Positions 41,686-50,005 of a DNA stretch of 64,000 nt are shown here, piece after piece; position 1 is the first letter of the stretch, and the number at the start of each line of letters is the position of its first letter. The stretch lies in assembly GCA_040756135.1 (NCBI GenBank), contig JBFLZS010000008.1, positions 5,021 to 69,020 on the forward strand, given 5' to 3'. The notes beneath the pieces were generated by a model, which was not told the DNA's origin, did not search any database, and saw only the letters and a list, made by a program, of their open reading frames with translations. Position numbers and translations under genes: made by a program. This DNA is from Nitrospirota bacterium (GTDB lineage Bacteria > Nitrospirota > Thermodesulfovibrionia > Thermodesulfovibrionales > SM23-35).

Positions 41686-44061
41686 TTATTTCTCCACAAT
41701 CCTCGGTGTAATAAATATCATAAGCTCGCTTACGTCCTCAGTAATGGATTTATTCTTGAACAACCATCCAAGAACAGGGATATTCATTAATCCCGGTACA
41801 CCAGAAAATGAATCTCTTTCTGTTCTCTTATAGACCCCGCCGATAACTAAGGTCTCTCCATTTTTTACAAGAACCTTTGTATTTCCTTCTATCTTAGATG
41901 TCCTTGGGACATCAGAGCCGGCAATCTTAACTGTTCCTAAAACATCTTCTTTTTTTACAACAACTGACATACTTATGGAACCAGCAGGCGTTATGTGTGG
42001 TGTTACCTCTGTACTAATTGCGACATCCTTAAACTCAGTTGATATTTGTCCTGACTGCGGGTCTATTTTAGGAAAAGGTTCACTTGTACCTTGCATTATT
42101 GTGGCCTTTTCATTGTCAGTTGTAACAATCTTAGGATTAGAGATTATCTTACTTTTGCCAACCTTCTCAAGGGCAGAAATCTGTAGGTCAAGACCCATAG
42201 TCTTTGCAGGGTTCAGGATTCCGAAAGTAAATCCTGAGCCAGAGCCTGCACCTGCACCTCCTGGAAAGTCAACAATATAGTTTTCCCCAGTGAATGTCCC
42301 TGTACTAAGCCCTGAATACCCACCTATGGAGGATAAGGTGTTGGGACTATTAAAGAAGCCTCCCCACTGAATCCCTAAATCTCTGGCATCTGAAGTATTA
42401 ACCTCAACAATCCTTGCCTCTATCAATACCTGCGGGGTTGGCTTGTCGAGGGTCGCAAGGAGATTTTCTACCTCGGGGAAAACCGATGCTGCATCCTTGA
42501 TGAGCATGGTACTTGTTCTTTCATCAACACTTAAACTTCCCCTTGGTGTAAGTATCTTTGCGTTCTTCACCGCTGTTTCTATGTCTTTGACCTTTGCGTA
42601 GCTTATAGGGAATATTCTGGTTGCTAATGGCTCTGCCTTTATTTCCGCTTCCATTGCCTTAGCCGCCTCTTCACTTTCCTTCGCAAAGACTGTGTGTGGA
42701 GCAATCCTTACGATGTTTCCTTCGATGGACTTACCCAGGCTAAAGGTTTTAAGTATGGTATCAAGCGCCTGATTCCATGGCACATCTTTAAACTTCATGG
42801 TACATCTGCCTTTTACATCAGGATGCAAAAACAGGTTACATCCGCTTATATCAGCAAATAACCTGAATATCGGCACTATGTCTTGATCCTGAAAATCAAA
42901 GTTGATGTTCTCCTTGCCCTCTAAATATGCCTTACACCTGTCTTCTACGAGCATTTCAGGCTTCTTTGCCTCTTCAGTTGCTGTTTTTACAACAGGCATC
43001 TGGGTTGTCGGCAGTGCCAACGCTATTACAATAGAGTTCCCGACTGCTGCAACATCAAAATTTGTCTTTTCTTCAAGGTCGAGGACAATTCTGATCTTGT
43101 CATCATGTTTTCCTGAACGTATTCCTTTCACGGGCGAGACCACAACAGATGGAAGCGGGGTATTCAAGACCACATCAGGGATATCTATCACAATGCGGTT
43201 CTCTAAGGGGAAGACATCGGGCATCATGAAGCCATTGCCCGTAATCAAGACCTTAACACCCCCTACAGACTCTTCAAATGAGATGCTGGATATCTCTGTA
43301 GCCTCAGGAAGTTGTTCCTGCTCGGTTTCAGAAGGTTCAGGTATTTCTACCTCTGGTATCTCTTCAGGTGGTTCCTCTTTTGTCGGTAATAACTCTTCTT
43401 TTGGTATCTCTTCAGGTAGTTCTTCCTTTGTTGGTAGTAACTCTTCTTTTAATACCTCTTTAAGGGGTTCTTCCTTTATCTTCACTATCAGTACATTGTT
43501 TTTATATTCCTGTTCAATTATAGAAGGTGTCTGAAGCAGCATCTCGAGTCTTGCTATAAAAGATGGCGCCTTAATCTGGGAAGGCACTATCTCAGTTATA
43601 CCAGCCTTGTCAGAGACGATCCTGCTGTTGAAAGCACCGACGTCAACATCAGGAAGGTCAACGACAATTTTATAAGGGTCGCCCGGTCTGTATATAGTGT
43701 AGATAAACGGTTTATTGACTGCTATACTTACTGTATAATCCTGAATATCTATGCCGGTTATTGTAGGCACTTCCTTGGGCTCTAAAGACTCTTTAACTTC
43801 GGTTTCTACAGTTGCACAACCCCCAAAAGCAATAAGCATAAAGCAAAGAGCAAAGAGCAATAATCCCCCCATCCCCCCTTTTAAATCCCCCTTAGCCCCC
43901 CTTTTCCAAAGGGGGGTGTGGGGGGATTCAGGGGGATTTTGGTAACGAAGCTCGTTTCGTTTAATAAGTTTATTGGGTTTTTTGAGTTCATTGAGTTTCT
44001 TGAGTTTTATAACCCAAGAAACTATGTAAACCCAAAAAACTGTGTAAACATTCTGTTTCAT
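41686..44061 (-). CDS. pilQ: Type IV pilus secretin PilQ with AMIN domains (alternative start ATG at 43872)
   Basis: Two AMIN-like domains, N0/N1 domains and a secretin core (VIGGVYKRTERDSFSGVPGLMNIPVLGWLFKN...MIFITPRIV). It follows pilMNOP. The ORF-track N-terminus runs through repeats. Confidence 0.9.
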   Translation of the reverse strand: MKQNVYTVFWVYIVSWVIKLKKLNELKKPNKLIKRNELRYQNPPESPHTPLWKRGAKGDLKGGMGGLLLFALCFMLIAFGGCATVETEVKESLEPKEVPTITGIDIQDYTVSIAVNKPFIYTIYRPGDPYKIVVDLPDVDVGAFNSRIVSDKAGITEIVPSQIKAPSFIARLEMLLQTPSIIEQEYKNNVLIVKIKEEPLKEVLKEELLPTKEELPEEIPKEELLPTKEEPPEEIPEVEIPEPSETEQEQLPEATEISSISFEESVGGVKVLITGNGFMMPDVFPLENRIVIDIPDVVLNTPLPSVVVSPVKGIRSGKHDDKIRIVLDLEEKTNFDVAAVGNSIVIALALPTTQMPVVKTATEEAKKPEMLVEDRCKAYLEGKENINFDFQDQDIVPIFRLFADISGCNLFLHPDVKGRCTMKFKDVPWNQALDTILKTFSLGKSIEGNIVRIAPHTVFAKESEEAAKAMEAEIKAEPLATRIFPISYAKVKDIETAVKNAKILTPRGSLSVDERTSTMLIKDAASVFPEVENLLATLDKPTPQVLIEARIVEVNTSDARDLGIQWGGFFNSPNTLSSIGGYSGLSTGTFTGENYIVDFPGGAGAGSGSGFTFGILNPAKTMGLDLQISALEKVGKSKIISNPKIVTTDNEKATIMQGTSEPFPKIDPQSGQISTEFKDVAISTEVTPHITPAGSISMSVVVKKEDVLGTVKIAGSDVPRTSKIEGNTKVLVKNGETLVIGGVYKRTERDSFSGVPGLMNIPVLGWLFKNKSITEDVSELMIFITPRIVEK
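43355..43450. repeat. 48-nt tandem duplication in the pilQ inter-AMIN linker
   Basis: The two units are 43355-43402 and 43403-43450. They encode KEELLPTKEELPEEIP / KEELLPTKEEPPEEIP. Confidence 0.85.
43862..43935. repeat. Composite/nested family-A elements in the pilQ 5' region
   Basis: aatccccccatccccccttttaaatcccccttagccccccttttccaaaggggggtgtggggggattcagggggatttt. Confidence 0.85.
43971..44050. repeat. Tandem-heptamer block module at the pilP-pilQ junction
   Basis: A (tgagttY) x3 block and (gtaaacM) units, flanked by ttgggtttttt / aaacccaaaaaa. Confidence 0.65.
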
Positions 44062-44582
44062 TATTCCTCCTCCTTATGGAGTTTCAATACTGTATCCTTT
44101 GGTTTCATGTTACCCCTGTAATCTCTTACATACTCCCTGATCAGTACCATGTTTTCCGTTATCTTCTCCACCTTTCCGCCTTGCAGTCCCAATGTCATAC
44201 CTTCAGTGATCGTAAAGTTCTTCCTATCCGGCAACATTATAAGGGCATAATATTTTCCTTTGTCGCGAGCGATTGCCAACAGATTTATCTCATCTATGGC
44301 AAAACTTTCAATAGGGCTTGCTCCTTTTTTCTTGGTAGGCTTTTGTTTTGATATTGATATTGTTATAAGGGAAAGGAAAGGGTCCCTCCTACCCCTTGCG
44401 TCATATATATATGCTTCCTGAGCAGCCCCCTTTGCCTCTTCGGGCGGTTTTATATCTTTCTTTACTTCTGCCTGTTTAACCTTTTCGGACATCGGTTTTT
44501 TAACAGGCGCCTGCTCTTTTTTGCAGCCTCCGAAAGGCAATAATAGAAAAAGTACAATTATAAGGCAGGTTACCCTCTTCAT
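44061..44582 (-). CDS. pilP: Type IV pilus assembly lipoprotein PilP
   Basis: Lipobox LLLPFGGC and a C-terminal beta-domain (LLAIARDKGKYYALIMLPDRKNFTITEGMTLG). It lies between pilO and pilQ. Confidence 0.8.
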   Translation of the reverse strand: MKRVTCLIIVLFLLLPFGGCKKEQAPVKKPMSEKVKQAEVKKDIKPPEEAKGAAQEAYIYDARGRRDPFLSLITISISKQKPTKKKGASPIESFAIDEINLLAIARDKGKYYALIMLPDRKNFTITEGMTLGLQGGKVEKITENMVLIREYVRDYRGNMKPKDTVLKLHKEEE

Positions 44583-44597
44583 CCGAAAATTACCATT

Positions 44598-44676
44598 CTG
44601 ACAGGCGAGACGCCTGTCCTACTAATATCGAGGTTATTACCACCAACAGTGGTAGGACAGCCGTCTCGGCTGTCCC
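44598..44676. repeat. Family-D hairpin pair (gacaggcgagacgcctgtcctac type), pilO-pilP intergenic
   Basis: ctgacaggcgagacgcctgtcctac ... gtaggacagccgtctcggctgtccc. A single related hairpin lies at 19966-19989. Confidence 0.7.
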
Positions 44677-44715
44677 ATGTTCTATTTCTATTCTCCTTTG
44701 TACAGCATGAATGTT

Positions 44716-45312
44716 TCATTTTTTCCCCATCTCTTCCTCAGGAATCGCCGAAAACGTTGTAGCAGTAAATGTCACTCTAACTATGGCATTTTCTTTTTCT
44801 ATTTTAGGTTCACTGAGTTTTATCTCAGAAAGGTTTATTATCCTGTTGAGCCTTGTCAAGCTGCTGAAGAAATAACCAAGGCTATGGTAGCTGCCTGTAA
44901 GCTCAACCTTTACTGGAATCTCATAAACTATACCGCTTGGATGTGTTTTCTTCTGTTCAGGTTTCCAGAGCGTTATCTCAAGCCCTGACTTGATGCAAAG
45001 ATCTGAAACCTGTTTCAGCAAGCTCGAGACCTCTTTTTCTTCTGGCAATTGTTCTTTTAATTCAACAAGCCTTTTTCTAAGTCTTTCGTTCTCTGTGGTT
45101 AGTTCAGAAAGTTTTGCAGCCTTTGACTCATTTTTTGCTATCTCATTTACCTGTGCTGAAATCTTATTCTCAAGGGCTTTGATCTCTTTATTTTTCGGTA
45201 AGATCAGGAGGATAATCACAACGATTGATATTACTAAGGAAGGGGCAATTGATATTATCACCTTAACGTATCGGGGTAATTTCTTAAAATCAATATTAAT
45301 TTTTATGGCCAT
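44716..45312 (-). CDS. pilO: Type IV pilus assembly protein PilO
   Basis: A TM helix, a coiled coil and a ferredoxin-like C-domain. It lies between pilN and pilP. Confidence 0.8.
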   Translation of the reverse strand: MAIKINIDFKKLPRYVKVIISIAPSLVISIVVIILLILPKNKEIKALENKISAQVNEIAKNESKAAKLSELTTENERLRKRLVELKEQLPEEKEVSSLLKQVSDLCIKSGLEITLWKPEQKKTHPSGIVYEIPVKVELTGSYHSLGYFFSSLTRLNRIINLSEIKLSEPKIEKENAIVRVTFTATTFSAIPEEEMGKK

Positions 45313-45321
45313 ATCAGACCC

Positions 45322-45882
45322 TTAGGACATTGATATTTTATCTATGTTCTTTATCTTAAATGTTAATTTAAACGTATAAAGCGGTATCTTTTCTATAGTT
45401 GTGCTCTTGGATTCCTGTAAGTAAACCTCAGTGAATATTTTTGAATTCTTGAGATTCTCTACATACGAAACAATATCAGAATTTGTGAAGCCTGAACCTT
45501 CTATATTTATGTTTTCTCCAGATATCGACAGTGTCTGAAGCCACACACCATTAGGCAAAAGGGCACTTATTTCATCGAGGAGTTTAACCGGAACGCTCTT
45601 GTTCCTGCTGAGCTGCTCGATAATATCGTTTCTCTGCTGGAAGGTCTTGTTAATCTGCTCGAAGTTCTCGACTGCCTTTATCTTTTCCTTAAGCTCTGCT
45701 ATCTTTTTTTCATTATCTGCAACCTGTGCCCTTTTCATAGACAGACGGGAGTTAAAAAAGAAGACGAGATAAGCCATCGCGATGCTTACAACAATGGTCA
45801 CAACCACCATTGTAATAAAAAATGTTGGTACTGGCTTGGGTTTCTTTTTCCTCTTAACAGGTAAAAGATTGACCTTGATCAT
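45322..45882 (-). CDS. pilN: Type IV pilus assembly protein PilN
   Basis: The MIKVNLLP N-terminal motif (PilM-binding) followed by a TM helix and a coiled coil. Confidence 0.85.
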   Translation of the reverse strand: MIKVNLLPVKRKKKPKPVPTFFITMVVVTIVVSIAMAYLVFFFNSRLSMKRAQVADNEKKIAELKEKIKAVENFEQINKTFQQRNDIIEQLSRNKSVPVKLLDEISALLPNGVWLQTLSISGENINIEGSGFTNSDIVSYVENLKNSKIFTEVYLQESKSTTIEKIPLYTFKLTFKIKNIDKISMS

Positions 45883-46919
45883 CTGTCACCCGGCCTCCTG
45901 AGAGCCAATCCTGCAGCGACAGATAGCATTGGGGCAATTTCCTCTATGTAAGTTACATCAAATCTTTTAGGTATCTTAATATTTTTGAATGGTTCCATAA
46001 CCATAGTCTCTGCCCCTATTTTTTCTGCAAGGAGACTCGGGAAGTCTTTTATGAGAGCACAGCCGCCACTTAATATCACCTCATTGACATCCTCATGGAA
46101 GTACTCTAATGAACGGCTAACTTCTCCGATTATTTCCTCTGATGCTAATTCCATTACAGGAAGGACATCCTCCGGGGCTACATTCTCAACAGGTTCACCC
46201 TTTTTGAGTCTTTCGGCGGTTTCATAAGTCAGATTAAATTCTCTTTGAAGGGCCTCTGTATGGAGATTACTACCAACCGCACTATCTCTCGTAAAAACAG
46301 AGATGCCTCCTTTGAGAATGTTCATGTTTATTGTACTTGCTCCTATATTTACAATGGCAATATTCCTATCTGGATCAATTTCATAATTAATCTCATAAAT
46401 ATTCTCAAGCGCGAATGAGTTGACATCAACAATCAAGGGATTTAGACCTACCTCTTTAACAACAGAGAGGTATTCATTTATTACGTCTTTCTTTACAGCA
46501 ACAAGGATGACGTCCATCTGATCAGGCTCTTCTTTTGGTCCGAGGATCTGGAAGTCAAGGTTTACATCTTCTATATCGAATGGGATATACTGCTCTGCCT
46601 CAAACTTTATGGACTCGGATAGCTCCTCCTCTGACATCTCAGGCAGTGAGACCCTTTTAATTATTACTGAAGAGTGGCCAGCCAGGCTAATAGTAGCATC
46701 CTTTGTCTTTATCTTAGTCTTTCTTATCAACTCTTTCAAGGAGTCTATAAGACGGAGGGAATCTATTATTGAACCATCAACAATAAGTTCTGGAGGGAGA
46801 GGCAACATATCAAATAGCTCAAGTTCATAACCCCCTTTTATATCTTTAAACTGTACAATCTTAAGATAACCTGAGCCTATGTCCAGACCAATAGGGCTTC
46901 TCCCTCTGCCGAGAACCAT
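45879..46919 (-). CDS. pilM: Type IV pilus assembly ATPase-fold protein PilM
   Basis: Actin-like fold motifs IGLDIGSGYLKIV and IVNIGASTINM. Its stop overlaps the pilN start. Confidence 0.9.
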   Translation of the reverse strand: MVLGRGRSPIGLDIGSGYLKIVQFKDIKGGYELELFDMLPLPPELIVDGSIIDSLRLIDSLKELIRKTKIKTKDATISLAGHSSVIIKRVSLPEMSEEELSESIKFEAEQYIPFDIEDVNLDFQILGPKEEPDQMDVILVAVKKDVINEYLSVVKEVGLNPLIVDVNSFALENIYEINYEIDPDRNIAIVNIGASTINMNILKGGISVFTRDSAVGSNLHTEALQREFNLTYETAERLKKGEPVENVAPEDVLPVMELASEEIIGEVSRSLEYFHEDVNEVILSGGCALIKDFPSLLAEKIGAETMVMEPFKNIKIPKRFDVTYIEEIAPMLSVAAGLALRRPGDR

Positions 46920-47013
46920 AGCTTATGATTACCAGAAAAAAACCATATTGTCAAGTATTTTTTTATATAATATCAGAAGATTTGCTACAAATATTAAGAA
47001 ATTAGTTTAACAA

Positions 47014-47029
47014 TGTGATACAAATCACA
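47014..47029. promoter_or_regulatory. Perfect TGTGA-N6-TCACA palindrome (CRP/FNR-family consensus) upstream of pilM
   Basis: Sequence tgtgatacaaatcaca, centred about 102 nt upstream of the pilM ATG. Confidence 0.35.
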
Positions 47030-47108
47030 TACATTTTTATGTAAACCCCGTTAAAAACCTCAGATGAGGTTTACGGCTGACTTTCTTTCTAACAGGGTAA
47101 AAGTGTTA

Positions 47109-47405
47109 AAGTGTGTCTGTCCATAAATTGCTATTCAAATAGTCCGTCATTCCCCGACTCGATCCCCCGATCAAGTCGGAGGACGGAATCCATGGTTCGA
47201 CATCCTTCGACAAGCTCAGGATGACATTGTCACCTGAGCCTGCCGAAGAGTCACCATGACAATTGTCACCCTGAGCCTGCCGAAGAGTCACCATGACAAT
47301 TGTCACCCTGAGCCTGTCGAAGGGTGGATTGTCCGGTCAAGCGTTCGACTGAGCTCACGCCGAAGGCCGGACAATGACAAAACATTACTTTATGGATAGA
47401 CATTA
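47109..47405. repeat. MITE-like nested-hairpin cluster with 37-nt tandem units; its right terminus supplies the truB stop region
   Basis: Left terminus aagtgtgtctgtccataaattg. Internal units as at 7283-7475. The right terminus tttatggatagacatta overlaps the last truB codons and stop (47390-47392). Confidence 0.8.
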
Positions 47406-48280
47406 AAGAGTCTTTCTATTTTTATTATGTTATTTTCTAATCTGCCTATTCCGAATAATTTATTTTCAGGGTTCTTAAGCCTGATATATTGCACCTCACC
47501 TCCTTTTAATTCCCCCTTTAGTAAAGCGGGATTCAGAGGGGTCACTGGCATGCCATTTCTTGCCTTACGATAAGAATCTTCATCGAGTACTATTTCATTC
47601 ATATGTGAGAGTACCGAATCTATTGAATGGCAGGTAGTTTTTTTATTTTTTAGTTCCTCTATCGAGATTGAATCCTCAATCCTGAAGCTGCCTATTCTGG
47701 TTCGCTCTAATAAAACCATATGGGCACCTACACCGAGAACCTTACCAACATCATCACAAAGAGTTCTGATATAAGTTCCTTTTGAACATGATACTTTTAG
47801 ATCAAGATGGGGTAGATTGAAGCCCACAAGGTCTATCCTGTGAATAATTACTGTCCTTTCAGGTATTTTCATCTTTATACCCCTTCTTGCGAGTTTATAG
47901 AGGGGATTTCCACCTATCTTAATTGCAGAGTACATAGGTGGTGTCTGTTTTATCTGTCCTGTAAAATTTTTTATGACCCTATTGATATCTACCTCTTTTA
48001 ATGAAGAGCAATCTCTCTTTTCTAATATCCTGCCGGTTATATCGTATGTATCTGTTCTTTCGCCAAGTTTTAATCTTACACTGTACTCCTTATCCAAATC
48101 TGATAAAAACCCTGTTATCTTCGTTGCCTCATTTAAACAGACAAGTAGTACACCGGTTGCAATGGGATCGAGTGTTCCAGCATGCCCGGCCTTTCTAACA
48201 GCAAATATCTTTTTAACCTTTATTACAGCCTGCTGTGAAGATATATCTTTGGGTTTATTGAGGTTTATGACAATGTTCAT
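47390..48280 (-). CDS. truB: tRNA pseudouridine(55) synthase TruB
   Basis: NLNKPKDISSQQAV...KAGHAGTLDPIATGVLLVCL plus a PUA-like C-terminus. The likely start is the ATG at 48280; the track TTG at 48286 is less likely. A degenerate family-A insertion lies at 47491-47545. Confidence 0.9.
   Translation of the reverse strand: MNIVINLNKPKDISSQQAVIKVKKIFAVRKAGHAGTLDPIATGVLLVCLNEATKITGFLSDLDKEYSVRLKLGERTDTYDITGRILEKRDCSSLKEVDINRVIKNFTGQIKQTPPMYSAIKIGGNPLYKLARRGIKMKIPERTVIIHRIDLVGFNLPHLDLKVSCSKGTYIRTLCDDVGKVLGVGAHMVLLERTRIGSFRIEDSISIEELKNKKTTCHSIDSVLSHMNEIVLDEDSYRKARNGMPVTPLNPALLKGELKGGEVQYIRLKNPENKLFGIGRLENNIIKIERLFNVYP
47491..47545. repeat. Degenerate family-A-like element, in-frame in truB (LNPALLKGELKGGEV)
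   Basis: cacctcacctccttttaattccccctttagtaaagcgggattcagaggggtcac. The arms are eroded. Confidence 0.5.
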
Positions 48281-48286
48281 AAACAA

Positions 48287-48560
48287 ATACTTGTGTCACC
48301 CTGAGCTTGTCGAAGGGTGGCTAACCGCTTGATTTTATGTCATGGTTCGACACGCTCACCATGACATTCAGGCATTATAGCAGCATTTATACACAGACCC
48401 TACTTAGAACCTGTGTATAAACTGCAAATTGAATATTCCGTCATTCCCTGACTTGATCCCCCGATCAAGTCGGAGGACGGAATCCAGTATTTTCAATAGT
48501 TTCTGGATTGTCCGGTCAAGCCGGACAATGACAAAACCCGACTTTATACACAGACACTAC
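48287..48560. repeat. MITE-like nested-hairpin cluster between truB and nrnA; the nrnA stop codon lies inside its terminus
   Basis: The first unit lacks its left terminus and abuts the truB start. The final terminus tttatacacagacactac contains the nrnA TAG at 48557-48559. Confidence 0.8.
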
Positions 48561-49531
48561 TTAGTACTCATAATTGTTTTTATCAGGGCTTCTTTTGCAG
48601 ATTTTAGATTCGCCTTTATCTTACAACCTGCGGCATTTTTATGTCCGCCGCCTTCAAAAAGTGTGGCGATCCTGGCAACATTTATATCTCCTTTGGAACG
48701 CAGGCTTACCCTCCAGTAATTTTCACCCATCTCTCTAAAAAATGCGGATACCTTAATATCCTTTATCATCCTGGGGAAATTGGAAAAATTCTCGGTATCC
48801 TCAGGACCTGTCCCCGTCTTTTCATACATCTCTTTTGTAACAACGGTAATAGCAACATTGTCTCTTATTTCAAGGGTATTTAAGGCCATTACAAGCAAAG
48901 CGAATCTCTTTTCGGACCATGCCTCATAAAGGCTATTTGATATATATGCAGGGTCTGCACCAGCTTCTATAAGTTCAGCACTAACCTTTAAAACCTCCGC
49001 AGTTGTGTTGCTATACCTGAATGTCCCTGTATCAATGACAATGGCAGTGTAAAGGTTTATGGCCATCTCTTTTGTTATCTTAATTCCCAATCCCTTTATT
49101 AGATAAAATACCATTATTCCAGTTGCTGCAACCTCCGCTTCTACCCACCTTATATTGCCGAAGTCATTTTCAGTCTCATGGTGGTCTATAACAGCAGAAT
49201 GCTTAAAGGTCAGGTTATCAATACCGGCCCTTTCAGGAGTGTTACAGTCAAGAAGAATCAGTGACCAGTGATCAGTGACTATTGATGGAATTGAATTTAT
49301 AAATCTCTCATGACCCGGCAAAAACCTGTAAAACTCAGGTATGATGTCACGGTCATAAACGATGGTATTTTTTCCCATGGATTCAAGCGCCGTAGAAAGA
49401 GCAAGGGAAGAACCGAGTGCATCACCTTCAGGATTAATATGGGTTGCTAAAAAAAACTTATCTTTTTCCTTCAAAAAAGAGAGGACGTCAGAAGGAACCT
49501 TCAGGACGTTAAATTTATCTACGTCCTTCAC
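48557..49531 (-). CDS. nrnA: DHH/DHHA1 phosphoesterase NrnA (oligoribonuclease / pAp phosphatase)
   Basis: Motifs HINPEGDALGS, DHH (VIDHHE) and GGGHKNAAG. Confidence 0.85.
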   Translation of the reverse strand: MKDVDKFNVLKVPSDVLSFLKEKDKFFLATHINPEGDALGSSLALSTALESMGKNTIVYDRDIIPEFYRFLPGHERFINSIPSIVTDHWSLILLDCNTPERAGIDNLTFKHSAVIDHHETENDFGNIRWVEAEVAATGIMVFYLIKGLGIKITKEMAINLYTAIVIDTGTFRYSNTTAEVLKVSAELIEAGADPAYISNSLYEAWSEKRFALLVMALNTLEIRDNVAITVVTKEMYEKTGTGPEDTENFSNFPRMIKDIKVSAFFREMGENYWRVSLRSKGDINVARIATLFEGGGHKNAAGCKIKANLKSAKEALIKTIMSTK

Positions 49532-49533
49532 CT

Positions 49534-49881
49534 TTAGCCTTTTCCCTTAATCTCTCTCAGTAGTTTATCTATCCTGCTTCCATAATCTATAGAAACATCC
49601 AGCCTGAACTCTATGCTTGGAATGAATTTCATCCTGAGTCTTTTTGATAATTCAGAACGTATAAAGCTTTTCGCTGTATTCAAGATCTCCAGTGTGGTCT
49701 CTTTATCTTCATTTTTAAGAATACTTACATAAACCTTTGCGTTCTTAATATCGTCTGAGACATCAACACCGGTGACTGTTATAAAACCGATCCTGGGGTC
49801 TTTAAGTTTGTAAATAACTATATCTGCTATCTCTTCTCTTAATAGATCCCCAACCCTCTGGGAACGTTTATAAGGAAGCAT
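49534..49881 (-). CDS. rbfA: Ribosome-binding factor A
   Basis: RSQRVGDLLREEIADII...DPRIGFITVTGVDVSDDIKNAKVYVS. Confidence 0.92.
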   Translation of the reverse strand: MLPYKRSQRVGDLLREEIADIVIYKLKDPRIGFITVTGVDVSDDIKNAKVYVSILKNEDKETTLEILNTAKSFIRSELSKRLRMKFIPSIEFRLDVSIDYGSRIDKLLREIKGKG

Positions 49882-49885
49882 ATTA

Positions 49886-50005
49886 ACTCCAAATCACCAA
49901 TAACCAAATTCCAAGTTCCAAACTTGTCTGGTTTATTGTAATTTGGTTATTGGTGATTGAATCATTGATTATTATTTGGTTATTGTAATTTGGTTATTGG
50001 TTATT
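49886..50005. repeat. Tandem-heptamer hairpin module (ccaataacc / ggttattgg type), infB-rbfA intergenic
   Basis: ctccaaatcaccaataaccaaattccaagttccaa ... aatttggttattggtgattg ... aatttggttattggttatt. It fills the whole spacer. Confidence 0.8.

Noticed and set aside
42902-43534. A 210-aa plus-strand ORF antisense to pilQ
   Set aside because: It is a Ser/Thr/Ile-rich low-complexity shadow of a strongly supported gene, with no start context.
47040-47100. The hairpin-containing segment gtaaaccccgttaaaaacctcagatgaggtttac, checked as a possible tRNA or small RNA
   Set aside because: It has no cloverleaf, no conserved T-loop (GTTCRANYC) or D-loop elements, and is too short.
47106-47306. A 66-aa ORF (MTIVMVTLRQAQGDNCHGDS..)
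   Set aside because: It is a translation of the 37-nt tandem repeat units, with no RBS. The same DNA is non-coding at 7283-7475.
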